Shown piece by piece: positions 38,015-49,452 of a DNA stretch of 64,000 nucleotides. Source of the stretch: Myxococcota bacterium (GTDB lineage Bacteria; Myxococcota_A; UBA796; SXON01); NCBI GenBank assembly GCA_040386535.1, contig JAZKFH010000013.1:96001-160000 (forward strand), in the 5' to 3' direction. The number at the start of each line of letters is the position of its first letter. Position 1 is the stretch's first letter. The translations under genes and the position numbers were made by a program. A model generated the notes under the pieces. The model had not been told where the DNA came from and ran no database searches. It saw nothing but the letters and a program-made list of their open reading frames with translations.

Positions 38015-38702
38015 GCAGCAGGTACCCGCCGCAGCCGACGCAGGTGTGGACCGCCTTCTTCATCATCACCTCGTTGAGCTTCTGCGGCGCGACGCGCATG
38101 TGGCAGACGGAGCACGAGCCGTCGTCCACGTTTACGAGCGCTACGCGCTTGCGACGGCGAAGGTCGCCGTAGGGGATCTGGTAGTCGTGGGGGAGCTCGG
38201 CCCACGCGCCTTCCCGCACCTGGAGCGCGGCCGTGAGCTCGACCCGGATTGCGGCGTCACGGGCCCCGAGCGCCTGGCGCGCGTCCTTCTCGGCGGCGAC
38301 CGCGTCCACCAGGCCCTTCTCGGCGGCGGCGAGCGCGGCGGTCGTGGTGTCGACGGCGTCGAGCAGATCGAGGCCCTTGGTCTCCAGCTCGTCGACCAGG
38401 GCGATGCAGTTGGCGAGCTGCCGCTCGGCGGCCGCGTAGTTGGGCGCCGAGCCGTCGTCGATCATGCGCTTCGTCGCGTCGCGCTTCTGCGCGTAGCTGT
38501 CCAGCTCCCGGTTGTTGACGCGCTCCGCGGCCTTGGCCTCCGCGAGCGCGGCCTTCGCGGCGTCCCGCGCGGCCACGGCGTCCTTGTGGGCCTGGATCGC
38601 GCCGGTGACCCCCGACACGAGGCGCTCGTGCTCGGCGCGCAGGGTGTCGACGCGGACGTCGGCTTGCCAGAGGTTCGAGATCGCGGCGAGGTCTGGGTGC
38701 AA
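38007..38702 (-). CDS. Coiled-coil C4-type zinc-ribbon protein (HP0958/CT398-like)
   Basis: Long coiled coil, then CSVCHM...CVGCGGYL; typical position upstream of rnpB. Confidence 0.85.
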   Translation of the reverse strand: MHPDLAAISNLWQADVRVDTLRAEHERLVSGVTGAIQAHKDAVAARDAAKAALAEAKAAERVNNRELDSYAQKRDATKRMIDDGSAPNYAAAERQLANCIALVDELETKGLDLLDAVDTTTAALAAAEKGLVDAVAAEKDARQALGARDAAIRVELTAALQVREGAWAELPHDYQIPYGDLRRRKRVALVNVDDGSCSVCHMRVAPQKLNEVMMKKAVHTCVGCGGYLLPG

Positions 38703-38800
38703 AGAGGCTCCGAGGCGAGGGGAGGCGGGGTCCGCTCAATCTATGAGCTTCCTGGCCGGCGCGACCGCTCCGGGGCGTCGATAAGGCGTCGTGAACGCGC

Positions 38801-41155
38801 CTACCGCAAGCGCGGCGTCTGTCGGAGCTCCGCGAACCCCTCCCAGGGATCGGGCAGCGCCAGGCGGGCACGGGCATCCGCCACGCCGAAGTGATCGCCG
38901 CCCTCGAGCTCGGGGAGCTCCTCCCAGGAGACCGGCACCGCGACGGGGGCGCCCGCCCGCGCCCGGACGCTCCACGAGGCGATGGCCGTGGATCCCCGGC
39001 CGTTCCGCAGGTAGTCCACGAAGATCTTGCCCTCACGCTTGGCTTTCGCGATCGTGGCCGTGTACGTGTCGGGGGCCTCCCGCGCGAGCGCCTGGGCGAT
39101 GCCCTTGCAGAACGGCTTCACGACGTCCCACCCGAGCGTGGGCGTGAGGGGCGCGACCACGTGCAGCCCCTTGCCGCCCGTCGTGCGCACGAACGAGACG
39201 AGGCCGAACGCCGCGAGGTGACGACGGATTGCCTGCGCGCCGCTCACGACGGCGGACCAGGGGAGCGCGGGGTCGGGGTCGAGATCGAGGATGATGCGGT
39301 CCGGGGTGTCGATGTGCGCCACGCGCGCGCCCCAGGGGTGCACCTCGATGACGCCCATCTGCACGAGCGAGACCAGACTTGCGACGTCGTGAACGGAGAT
39401 GTAGTCGGCGGGGCCGGCCTCCTCTTCGACGCGGAGGGCGCGGATGGCGGCGGGGAAGCCCTCCCCGACGTGCTTCTGGAAGAAGCAGACCTTTCCGGCA
39501 CCGGCGGGGCAACGGACGACGCTGAGCGGGCGGCCGATGAGCTCGGGCAGGAGCCTGTCGGCGGCCTCCTCGTACCAGGCGGCGAGCGCGCCCTTGGTGA
39601 GGCCGGAGACCGCGTCGATCACGCGATCGGGGTTGGAGATGACGACGCCGGCGGGCTTCGATCGCGGCGCGGCGCGCTCCTTGACCACGGCGCGCGCGGG
39701 CTTGTCTTCGCGCAGGCCTTTGTAGACCGCGTGGCGCAGCCGACCGGCGGGGCTCCATCCGGCGAACGCGACCTCGGCGACCAGGGTGGGCTCGACCCAA
39801 TGGACGCCCCGGGCCTCCATGCCCGTGGGGGGATTCGCGACGGGAGGCGCCGTTTGGGCGAGGCCCAGGAGCCGAGTGTGGAGCGCGGCGAGCGAGCGTT
39901 CGTCGAACCCGGTGCCGACACGGCCCGCGTAGGTGAGCGTCTTGCTGGCGCCCTGCCGCGTCGCGAGGAGGAGCGCACCGAAGGCCGTCCGGCCGCCGCT
40001 CGGGTCGGTCCAGCCCACGATCACCAGCTCCTCGCGGTTCGTGCACTTGAGCTTCCTCCAGGAGTCCCCGCGGCCCGAGCGGTAGGGCGCGTCCGCGCGC
40101 TTGGCGATGGAGCCTTCGAGGCCGAGCTCGCAGGTCGTGCGCACGAACGCGGTGCCCTGCCCGAGCACGTGGTCCAGGTAGCGGAGGGGGCTCTTGGCCG
40201 AGGCGAGCAGCCCGGCGAGGCGGCGCTTGCGATCGGTCAGCGGCTGGGCGCGCAGGTCTTCGCCGTCCACGTAGAGGAGGTCGAACGGGAAGTAGACGAT
40301 CGCGCGATCATCGTCACGGCCGAGCGCATCGCCGAGCGCGGAGAAGTTGCTCACGCCACGCTCGTCGAGGACCACCATCTCGCCGTCGAGGATGGCGTCT
40401 CGGACGGGCAACGCCTCGAGCGCGCGTACGACGCGTGGAAAGCGCGCGGTCCAGTCCTTCCCACTGCGGGTCAGGAGCCGCGCCTTCCCGCCCGTCAGCC
40501 GCGCCATGACCCGGTAGCCGTCGAGCTTGATCTCGAAGAGCCACCCCTCGCCCCGCGGCGGGTGGGTGGCGAGGGTGGCGAGCTGGAAGGGGATGTCGGG
40601 GAGGGGTTTTACGGCCGATCCGGCACCGGCGACGCTCTCCGGCCGGTCGACCGTGATGTCGGTCTCGCGTGCGAATGCGTCGCGCTCCTTGATGAGGAGC
40701 CAGTTCTTCTGGTCGCCGCCCTTCCCGCCCATGCGCACGAGCGCCCATCGGCCCTGGAGCTTCTGGCCGTCCAGGTGGATCTTCAGGTTGCCTTTCGCGT
40801 AGGCCGCCCCAGCGTCGCCCTCGGCGTGCCAGACGCCCCGGTCCCACAACAGCACCGTGCCCGCCCCGTAGTTGCCCTTCGGGATGTCACCCTCGAACGT
40901 TCCGTATTCGAGGGGATGGTCCTCCACGTGGACGGCGAGACGCTTGTGCGCGGGGTCCAGGCTGGGGCCCTTGGGGACGGCCCAGCTCTTGAGCACCCCG
41001 TCGAGCTCGAGGCGGAAGTCGTAGTGCAGATGCGACGCGTCGTGCCGCTGGATGAAGTACCGCGCCTGATCGGCCTTCGGCGCGACGGCGCCCCGAGGCT
41101 CGGGCGTCTTGTCGAACTTGCGCATCTCCCGATAGCGACTCAGCCCCGGCGCCAT
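38801..41155 (-). CDS. ligD: NHEJ DNA ligase D (phosphoesterase-ligase-polymerase)
   Basis: PE: IQRHDASHLHYDFRLE, SWAVPKGP; LIG: EIKLDGYR, EGSIAK; POL: FFQKH, DLDP, TTGGKGLHV, DYLRN. Confidence 0.95.
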   Translation of the reverse strand: MAPGLSRYREMRKFDKTPEPRGAVAPKADQARYFIQRHDASHLHYDFRLELDGVLKSWAVPKGPSLDPAHKRLAVHVEDHPLEYGTFEGDIPKGNYGAGTVLLWDRGVWHAEGDAGAAYAKGNLKIHLDGQKLQGRWALVRMGGKGGDQKNWLLIKERDAFARETDITVDRPESVAGAGSAVKPLPDIPFQLATLATHPPRGEGWLFEIKLDGYRVMARLTGGKARLLTRSGKDWTARFPRVVRALEALPVRDAILDGEMVVLDERGVSNFSALGDALGRDDDRAIVYFPFDLLYVDGEDLRAQPLTDRKRRLAGLLASAKSPLRYLDHVLGQGTAFVRTTCELGLEGSIAKRADAPYRSGRGDSWRKLKCTNREELVIVGWTDPSGGRTAFGALLLATRQGASKTLTYAGRVGTGFDERSLAALHTRLLGLAQTAPPVANPPTGMEARGVHWVEPTLVAEVAFAGWSPAGRLRHAVYKGLREDKPARAVVKERAAPRSKPAGVVISNPDRVIDAVSGLTKGALAAWYEEAADRLLPELIGRPLSVVRCPAGAGKVCFFQKHVGEGFPAAIRALRVEEEAGPADYISVHDVASLVSLVQMGVIEVHPWGARVAHIDTPDRIILDLDPDPALPWSAVVSGAQAIRRHLAAFGLVSFVRTTGGKGLHVVAPLTPTLGWDVVKPFCKGIAQALAREAPDTYTATIAKAKREGKIFVDYLRNGRGSTAIASWSVRARAGAPVAVPVSWEELPELEGGDHFGVADARARLALPDPWEGFAELRQTPRLR

Positions 41156-41158
41156 CGC

Positions 41159-42034
41159 CTACCCGCTCCGCCGCGCCGCGCGTGGCTTGGCCGGCGCCTT
41201 CGCGGGCTTTTCTGGCGTCGTCTTCTTTGGCGCGGCCTTCTTGGGAGTGGCCGCGAGGCTGCGCTTGAGGAGCTCCATGATGTCCACCACCTCGCCGCCG
41301 CCCTCCTCGTCCGCGATGGGCGTCGCCACCGTGGAGAGCCCGCCCGCCGCGGCCTTCGCCTCGATGAGGGCGAGGAGATCGTCGCGATACGTGTCGTGGT
41401 AGGCCTTGGGATCCCAGTCGGCTTCGAGCCCGGCCACGAGCATCTCGGCCATCTTCATCTCCTGGGCCGTCACCCCCATCGCGTCCAGACCTTCCGCCGG
41501 GGCTTCCAGCGTGTTCGGATCAACGATCTCGTTGGCGTACCGGAGCAACTCCAACACGAGGAGGCGCCCCTGGACGACCAACGCCGCGACGTATTGGCGC
41601 GAGCGAAGGACCACCAACGCGATGCCGACCTTGCCGCTGCGCCTGAGCACCTCGCGCAAGAGCGCGTAGGCCTTCGCCTTCTTCTGCGTCGGCGTGACGT
41701 AGTAGGGCCGCACCATGTACCGGGGATCGATCTCGGCGCCGTCGACGAACGCGACGATGTCGATCGTGCGCGTCGCCTCGACGTTCGCCTTCGCGAAGTC
41801 CTCGTCGTCGACGATGACGTACTGGCCGTCCTCGACCTCGTACCCCTTCACGATGTCGTCGGCAGGCACCTCCTCGCCGGTGCCCTTGTTGACCTTCTTG
41901 TACCCGACGCGACCCATGTCACGTCGGTCCAAGAGGTCGAAGTCGAGGTCGTCGTCACGCGTCGCGAGGTACAGCTCCACGGGGATCTGCACGAGACCGA
42001 AGCTGATGTGGCCCTTCCACGTCGCGCGCGCCAT
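41159..42034 (-). CDS. ku: NHEJ DNA end-binding protein Ku
   Basis: ARATWKGHISFGLVQIPV, IVKGYE, YHDTYR, VVDIMELLKRSL, basic tail. Confidence 0.95.
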   Translation of the reverse strand: MARATWKGHISFGLVQIPVELYLATRDDDLDFDLLDRRDMGRVGYKKVNKGTGEEVPADDIVKGYEVEDGQYVIVDDEDFAKANVEATRTIDIVAFVDGAEIDPRYMVRPYYVTPTQKKAKAYALLREVLRRSGKVGIALVVLRSRQYVAALVVQGRLLVLELLRYANEIVDPNTLEAPAEGLDAMGVTAQEMKMAEMLVAGLEADWDPKAYHDTYRDDLLALIEAKAAAGGLSTVATPIADEEGGGEVVDIMELLKRSLAATPKKAAPKKTTPEKPAKAPAKPRAARRSG

Positions 42035-42036
42035 GG

Positions 42037-42219
42037 TCAGCTGCCCTTGCGCCCGTCCTTGGCGCCGCGCCGGTTGTCCCCGTCGTGATCACTCACGCGG
42101 TGCTGGCCCTGGCGAAGGTTCTCGTCGGTGTTGCCACCCATGCCGGAGCCCGGGTGCGTGGGGTTGTTGCCGGCGGGGTTGGCGGGCTTGGGAGAGTCGG
42201 GAGTCTTGGGATTGGACAT
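42037..42219 (-). CDS. 60-aa hydrophilic disordered protein
   Basis: GGAGG RBS; MSNPKTPDSPKPANPAGNNPTHPGSGMGGNTDENLRQGQHRVSDHDGDNRRGAKDGRKGS; stop 2 nt before the ku start. Confidence 0.7.
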   Translation of the reverse strand: MSNPKTPDSPKPANPAGNNPTHPGSGMGGNTDENLRQGQHRVSDHDGDNRRGAKDGRKGS

Positions 42220-42325
42220 CGTTACCTCCAGAGTCGAGGTAAGCCGCGTCGGTAGTGGGGAGGGCGTGGGCGCCGACGTTCCGAACAGTTGGTAACGGCC
42301 GGGAACAATCCGCTCGGCGCGTCGC

Positions 42326-42694
42326 TCACGGGAGGCGGTACGGGATCCGGACGCCTGGCTCGTCGGTCGCAAAGTCCTTCGTGTTTCGCGTCGCGAGCTC
42401 GCGGCGGTGGACCCGCGCCGTGGCGAAGATGATCGCATCCGGCGGCTTCATTCGCCGAGCGCGCCGGAGTCGCACCGCTTCCTCGGCGACCGACGCGTCC
42501 ACCGGCAGGATCTCGAAGGTCGCCAGGAATGCCCGCACCACGAGCTCCTCGTCCGGGGACGCGGCGCCGACCACGACCTCCATCCAGGTGATCATGCTGA
42601 TGGCGGCCCCGTCGGCACTGCGGATGTACTCGCGCGCGGACGCGTTCCCGGCGAGGTAGTCGATGAGGATGCAGGAATCGAGGACGAGGCTCAT
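42326..42694 (-). CDS. vapC: PIN-domain toxin (VapC-like)
   Basis: LVLDSCILIDYL, SMITWMEV, PDAIIFATA, LATRNTKDF. Confidence 0.9.
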   Translation of the reverse strand: MSLVLDSCILIDYLAGNASAREYIRSADGAAISMITWMEVVVGAASPDEELVVRAFLATFEILPVDASVAEEAVRLRRARRMKPPDAIIFATARVHRRELATRNTKDFATDEPGVRIPYRLP

Positions 42695-42921
42695 CGCTCG
42701 TCCCACTCCGAACGCAGGCGCTCCTGCTCGACGAGGCCGTCGGGCACCCGTCCTTTCCAGAGCCCGAAGGCGGCATCGACCGCACCCCGTCTCTCCTGTT
42801 CGTCGTCGAGGAGCTGAGCGACCGCGCGTCGAACTGCCTCGGCGCGGCTCACCCCGCGAGCGAGGCGCCAGGCGTCGAGCGCGGCAAGCTGGTCCGTGGG
42901 AAGGTCGATGATGGTACGCAT
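42691..42921 (-). CDS. RHH/CopG-family antitoxin (VapB-like)
   Basis: MRTIIDLP...SRAEAVRRAV...AFGLWK...RLRSEW; ATGA overlap with the PIN gene. Confidence 0.85.
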   Translation of the reverse strand: MRTIIDLPTDQLAALDAWRLARGVSRAEAVRRAVAQLLDDEQERRGAVDAAFGLWKGRVPDGLVEQERLRSEWDER

Positions 42922-42927
42922 CCCGTC

Positions 42928-42956
42928 ATCATAGGGCGTCATCACCCCTCGGGCAA
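42928..42956 (-). promoter_or_regulatory. Sigma70 promoter of the TA operon (leaderless), with TGATGAC direct repeat
   Basis: Minus strand TTGCCC-N17-TATGAT, 6 nt before the ATG; TGATGAC occurs twice across the promoter. Confidence 0.7.
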
Positions 42957-42983
42957 GTGACCGGCGTACGGGTCGAGGAGGGG

Positions 42984-43056
42984 TAGGCCCGGCTGGATTT
43001 GAACCAGCGACCAGGTGGATATAAGCCACCTGCTCTGACCGCTGAGCTACGGGCCC
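42984..43056 (-). tRNA. tRNA-Ile with UAU anticodon (CCA not encoded)
   Basis: GGGCCCG UA GCUC AGCGGUCA GAGC A GGUGG CUUAUAU CCACC UGGUC GCUGG UUCAAAU CCAGC CGGGCCU A; all four stems pair. Confidence 0.93.
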
Positions 43057-43134
43057 CCGCCGTCGGATAACTCGCCACGCTTTCGGTTGCGCGTTGCGTT
43101 GGGCGCTCCCGCCCCCTGTGCAAGCGGCGGCCGG

Positions 43135-43521
43135 AGGCCAGCGGCGCGCCCCCCTATCGCTCCCCACAAAGACGCGGAACGACTGCCGACAGCGGCCAAA
43201 GGCCGCCGTCGGCAGTCGAGCGCTTCCCCGACGTTCCCCGGCGCGGAGCCGCCGGGGAATGTCGGGAAGCACGGACATAAACGACGCTGGACCCGCGGCC
43301 AGAGGCCGCCGGTCCAGTGTCATTTATGTCTCAAAGGCCGCGGCGCGCCACCCTACCGCTCGCACCAAGACCCGGAACGACTGCCGACAGCGGCCAAAGG
43401 CCGCCGTCGGCAGTCGAGCGCTTCCCCGACGTTCCCCGGCGCGGAGCCGCCGGGGAATGTCGGGAAGCACGGACATAAACGACGCTGGACCCGCGGCCAG
43501 AGGCCGCCGGTCCAGTGTCGT

Positions 43522-43530
<9 letters not shown>
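43135..43530. repeat. Tandem duplication (~198-bp period) of a three-hairpin element
   Basis: 43175-43332 equals 43373-43530 except one base (43322 A vs 43520 G); the ~40-bp leading parts are more diverged. Confidence 0.92.
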
Positions 43531-45252
<1,722 letters not shown>

Positions 45253-45277
45253 CTTGTGGGTCCGATCCGCGAGGGAT

Positions 45278-47122
45278 TTAGGGGGGTGTCGAGGCCGACC
45301 CGCGCGAAGCGCGGGTCGCAACGACCGACTTCAAGAGTCTCTGTCGAGCGTAGAGACCAAAGATCTCTTTCTGAAGTGAGACGTAACTTGACTTGTCTCC
45401 GCTCGTCTCGCAAGCAGCTATCTTCGCGTTGATGGTGAGGATCTCGGACTCGACGCGGCCGAGTTCGAGCCTCGCGACGAGCGATTTCGCCGCGGATTGG
45501 GCCTGTTCTTCCAGGTATTCAGCCGGGCGGGCTGCGATGGCGCGGAGGGCGCGCGCCAGATCCGCGTCCCGACCCACATCGGCCACCTCGGCCAGAGGCG
45601 CGCCACTCGCGAGCGCGACGATGGCCTCTAGCACGCTCCTCCGGTCGGTGAGCACCGTGGGATCCGCCTCGGCCAGCACCGGCGCGACCTGAACCGGAAA
45701 GTGGATGAGGAGCCACAACAGGTGCGACAGCTCCCGCGTGGGGACCCACCGGGCGGGCGGGGCGGACGAGGGCGGGGGGCCGGTGTGCGCGTGCGTGTCG
45801 TCCACGCGGCCCACCTTCTCGATGAGCTCGTTGGGGCGGATGCCGAGGACGTCCGCGGCCTTGGCGAGCATCTGATCGCGCACGTTCCGCGGCAATCGGC
45901 GAAGGAGGGGGATCACGGCGGCTTCGGCGCGCGCCCGACCTTCGGAGGAGTGCCCCTCCTTCTTGATGGTGCGGTCGAACACGAGGTCGAGCAGCGGCTG
46001 GGCGGCCGCGAGGCGACCTTCGAAGGCGTCGGCCCCGAACTGCTGGACGAACTCGTCGGGGTCCTTCGCCGGCTTCAGGTCGAGCCGCTTGGCCTCCACG
46101 TTCGCCTCGAGGAACAGCTCCATGGACTTCGTGGCGGCTTTGAGGCCCGCCTCGTCGCCGTCGAAGAGCGCGACCACCTTTCGGGTGAGCCGCGAGATGA
46201 CCTCGAGGTGGGCGGGCGTCAAGGCGGTGCCGCAGGTCGCCATGACCTCCTCGAAGCCCGCCTGCCACAACGACACCGCGTCGAAGTAGCCCTCGACCAC
46301 GAGGACGCGATCCTTGCGTTGCACCGCCATCCGCGACCAAGACAACCCGTACAACGTGCGGGACTTGTTGTAGATCTCCGACTCGGAGCTGTTGAGGTAC
46401 TTCGGACCGTCGGCCTTGGGGGCCTCGGAGCCCGGTGCCGTGGGCGCGCCGGGCAGGATGCGCCCGCCGAACGCGACGACGCGCCCGCGATCATCGAGGA
46501 TGGGGAACATCAGGCGGTTGCGGAACACGTCGTAGACTCGGTCCGAGCCCTCGCGCTGTCCGACCACCCGCGCGCCCTTCGCCATCTGCATCGGGATGCG
46601 CTTGCGCTGGAGGTGGCCGGTCAGGCGGTCCCACGCGTCGGGCGCGAACCCGAGGCGGTACTTCTGGGCGGTCTCCAGCGTGATGCCGCGCTTCTGGAGG
46701 TAGTCGCGGCCGGGCGCGCCTTCGGGGGCCGTAAACAGGGTGTTGGAGAAGAACCGCGCGGACTCCTCGGTCACGTCGTAGAGATCAGCGCGGTGCTCGA
46801 GCCGCTGGCGCTCCTCGCGGGAGAGCTCCTTCTCCTCGACCACCACGCCCGCGGCGTCGCCCAGCTCCTTGACCGCCTCGAAGAAGCTGACCCCGCGCGT
46901 CTTCATCAGGAACGCGAACGCGTCGCCGCCCTCCCCACAGCCGAAGCAGTGGAAGATCCCCTTGTCCGGCACGACGTTGAACGAGGGCGACTTCTCGTTG
47001 TGGAAGGGGCAGAGCCCGCTGTAGCTGCGCCCGGCGCGCCGGAGCGTCACGGTGCGGCCGACGAGCTCGGCGATGTCGGTGCGGGCGCGCACTTCGTCGA
47101 CGATGTGGCGGGGAATGGCCAT
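45278..47122 (-). CDS. dnaG: DNA primase
   Basis: [11 protein letters not shown]...CFGC zinc finger, [32 protein letters not shown]. Confidence 0.97.
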   Translation of the reverse strand: MAIPRHIVDEVRARTDIAELVGRTVTLRRAGRSYSGLCPFHNEKSPSFNVVPDKGIFHCFGCGEGGDAFAFLMKTRGVSFFEAVKELGDAAGVVVEEKELSREERQRLEHRADLYDVTEESARFFSNTLFTAPEGAPGRDYLQKRGITLETAQKYRLGFAPDAWDRLTGHLQRKRIPMQMAKGARVVGQREGSDRVYDVFRNRLMFPILDDRGRVVAFGGRILPGAPTAPGSEAPKADGPKYLNSSESEIYNKSRTLYGLSWSRMAVQRKDRVLVVEGYFDAVSLWQAGFEEVMATCGTALTPAHLEVISRLTRKVVALFDGDEAGLKAATKSMELFLEANVEAKRLDLKPAKDPDEFVQQFGADAFEGRLAAAQPLLDLVFDRTIKKEGHSSEGRARAEAAVIPLLRRLPRNVRDQMLAKAADVLGIRPNELIEKVGRVDDTHAHTGPPPSSAPPARWVPTRELSHLLWLLIHFPVQVAPVLAEADPTVLTDRRSVLEAIVALASGAPLAEVADVGRDADLARALRAIAARPAEYLEEQAQSAAKSLVARLELGRVESEILTINAKIAACETSGDKSSYVSLQKEIFGLYARQRLLKSVVATRASRGSASTPP

Positions 47123-47146
47123 GGAGCGGGAGCCTGAGCGGGAGGG

Positions 47147-47181
47147 GGGGCGTTGCGGGGGGCCCGCCCCCCGCCCCAAGA
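47147..47181. repeat. Dispersed REP-like GC palindrome, copy 2
   Basis: GGGGCGTTGCGGGGGGCCCGCCCCCCGCCCCAAGA; matches 34859-34890. Confidence 0.55.
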
Positions 47182-47265
47182 GCGAGTGAGTGAGCCGACC
47201 CGCGATTGTGGAGGTGGGAGACGCGGTGAGAGAGGGCCCCGGGCGAGCGAACACCCGGACGAGCC

Positions 47266-47973
47266 CTAGTAGTACTTCTCGACGTGGATATGCTTCCGCT
47301 CCAGACCGCGGCCCTTGAGCAGATCCCGTGTCTCCTCGATCATCGCGCCGTTGCCACACAGATAGAAGTGCTCGGTGGGCGTGGGGAAGTCGGCGGAGAG
47401 CGCGTAGGTGACGCGGCCGGTGAAGCCGGTCCACGCGGCGGACGGGCGCGAGAGGCAGACCCGGTACGAGAAGTCGGGGAGGAGGCGCGTGTAGCGCTCG
47501 AGATCGTCGAGCGCGAACAGATCCTCCTCGTCCCGCACGCCGAAGTACAGGCGGAAGCTCCGCGGATCCTGCGCGGTCACGGCCACCTCCAGCATGCTCC
47601 GGAAGGGGGCGAGCCCGGTAGCAGTGGCGACGAAGATGACGGGATCGTGCTCGGGCTTGACCGAGAAGATCCCGAACGGCCCGCGGATGGCGAAGGTGTC
47701 CCCCACCTTGGAGCCGCGCAGGTACTCGCTGGCCGCGCCGCCCTCGAAGAGCTTGATGCAGAGCTCGAGGTAGGAAGGGTCCTCTGGGCTCGACCACACG
47801 CTGTAGGAGCGCTCGCCGCGCGGTTTTGCGTCGGGCACGGTGAGGTTGACGAACTGCCCCGCGGTGAACGGGAGCGGTTGGTCGAGCTGGAGGCGGTAGA
47901 TGTACGTGTCGCGCGCCACGAGATCGGCGGCGGTCAGGACGGCGACACGGGGTTCGGAGCGCCTGATTTCCAT
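47266..47973 (-). CDS. FAD/NAD(P)H ferredoxin-reductase-type oxidoreductase
   Basis: AGQFV, RSYS, GGAASEYL, GPFG, ATATGLAP, YLCG, C-terminal EKYY. Confidence 0.88.
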   Translation of the reverse strand: MEIRRSEPRVAVLTAADLVARDTYIYRLQLDQPLPFTAGQFVNLTVPDAKPRGERSYSVWSSPEDPSYLELCIKLFEGGAASEYLRGSKVGDTFAIRGPFGIFSVKPEHDPVIFVATATGLAPFRSMLEVAVTAQDPRSFRLYFGVRDEEDLFALDDLERYTRLLPDFSYRVCLSRPSAAWTGFTGRVTYALSADFPTPTEHFYLCGNGAMIEETRDLLKGRGLERKHIHVEKYY

Positions 47974-48030
47974 GCGCTCCCGTAACGCGCGCCGTCCGGA
48001 AGGAGCTACTGCGGGCGGAGCTACTCCGCG

Positions 48031-49320
48031 CTAGCCGGCCGCGCGGGGAGCGGCGGCGGGGCGCCCCTCGCTCGCGCGCTGCACGTGGGCCCCGATGGCG
48101 CCGAGCTTCTCTTCGAGCCGCTCGTAGCCGCGATCGAGGTGGTACAGCCGCAGCACCTCGGTGGTGCCGCGCGCCGCGAGCCCGGCCAGCACGAGCGAGG
48201 CGGAGGCGCGCAGATCGGTCGCCATGACGGTGGCGCCGGAGAGGTGCTCGACGCCGTGGACGGTGGCGAGGTTGCCGTCGATGTCGATGCGCGCGCCGAG
48301 GCGGAGGAGCTCCGCCGCGTGCATGAACCGATTCTCGAAGATGGTCTCGCGCAGGCGGGAGCTGCCCTCGGCGAGCGAGAGAAGCGCCATGAACTGGGCC
48401 TGCATGTCCGTCGGGAAGCCGGGATGCGGGCGGGTCTCCAGATCGATGGCGCGGATCGGGCCGTTGCGCCAGGTGCGCACCCAGCCTTCCCCGCGCTCGA
48501 CACCACACCCCGCGGCTTCGAGCGCGGCGAGTACGGGCGCGAGATCGTCGGCGTTCGCGCCCTCACACCGCACGTCTCCGCCCGTGATGGCGCCGGCGAC
48601 GAGGTACGTGCCGGCCTCGATGCGGTCGGGCAGGATGGAGTAGGGCTTGGCGGCGGGCACGAGCGACGTGACGCCCTGGATGACGATGCGCGAGGTGCCG
48701 GCACCCTCGATCTTCGCGCCCATGCCCTTGAGGAAGTTGGCGAGATCCTCGACCTCCGGCTCGGCGGCGGCGTTGTCGAGGATGGTCTCGCCCTCGGCGA
48801 GCACGGCGGCCATCAGGACGTTCTCCGTGCCGGTCACGGTCGCCACGTCGAACGTGATGTGCGCGCCGCGCAGGCGATCGACGCGGCCGTGGACGTAGCC
48901 GCCCTCGAGCTCGAAGGTGCAGCCGAGCGCCTCGAGGCCCTTGAGGTGCTGGTCGATGGGGCGCATGCCGATGGCGCAGCCGCCCGGCAACGACACGTGC
49001 GCTTCACCACAACGCGCCAGCAGCGGGCCGAGCGCGAGCACCGACGCGCGCATCTTGCGCACCAGATCGTAGGGCGCCTCGCAAAAGGTGACGCGGGAGG
49101 TGTCGATGCGGTTGACCGTGCCGACCAGCGACGGACACCCGATGCGCCCCAGGAGGGAGAGCATGGACGACACGTCCACGAGGTCGGGCACGTTGGCGAG
49201 GCGGTGCTCGCCCGGCGCGACCAGCGTGGCGATGAGGATGGGAAGCGCGGCGTTCTTGGCGCCGGAGACGGGCACGGTGCCGTGGAGGGCGTGACCGCCT
49301 GAGATGACGAGCTTGTCCAT
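48031..49320 (-). CDS. murA: UDP-N-acetylglucosamine 1-carboxyvinyltransferase
   Basis: [49 protein letters not shown]. Confidence 0.97.
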   Translation of the reverse strand: MDKLVISGGHALHGTVPVSGAKNAALPILIATLVAPGEHRLANVPDLVDVSSMLSLLGRIGCPSLVGTVNRIDTSRVTFCEAPYDLVRKMRASVLALGPLLARCGEAHVSLPGGCAIGMRPIDQHLKGLEALGCTFELEGGYVHGRVDRLRGAHITFDVATVTGTENVLMAAVLAEGETILDNAAAEPEVEDLANFLKGMGAKIEGAGTSRIVIQGVTSLVPAAKPYSILPDRIEAGTYLVAGAITGGDVRCEGANADDLAPVLAALEAAGCGVERGEGWVRTWRNGPIRAIDLETRPHPGFPTDMQAQFMALLSLAEGSSRLRETIFENRFMHAAELLRLGARIDIDGNLATVHGVEHLSGATVMATDLRASASLVLAGLAARGTTEVLRLYHLDRGYERLEEKLGAIGAHVQRASEGRPAAAPRAAG

Positions 49321-49452
49321 GCGGGGAGACCGGGGAGGGAGGGGAGGGGATGTGCGGAGGGCGCCTGTTTATACGCCTCGCGTCTCCGAATCCAGTGCAG
49401 GAACCGTGCCGAGGGCCGACGAGGGTGGCCCCGCCTGCGCTACGATGCGGCC

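Noticed and set aside
38703..38800. att site (duplicated tRNA 3' end) bounding the Ku-LigD islet
   Set aside because: No match to the tRNA 3' sequence and no integrase, so it was not called a mobile element.
42230..42320. ECF/general-stress promoter for the small ORF-ku-ligD operon
   Set aside because: GGAAC is present on the minus strand but no correctly spaced -10 element was found.
42984..43056. Reading the tRNA as tRNA-Met or tRNA-Tyr
   Set aside because: The 5-bp stem and 7-nt loop place UAU at 34-36, which pairs with AUA; there is no long variable arm as in bacterial tRNA-Tyr.
45278..48508. 1076-aa ORF suggesting an N-terminally fused primase
   Set aside because: The extension is off-frame read-through over the reductase and murA genes; DnaG homology starts at ATG 47122.
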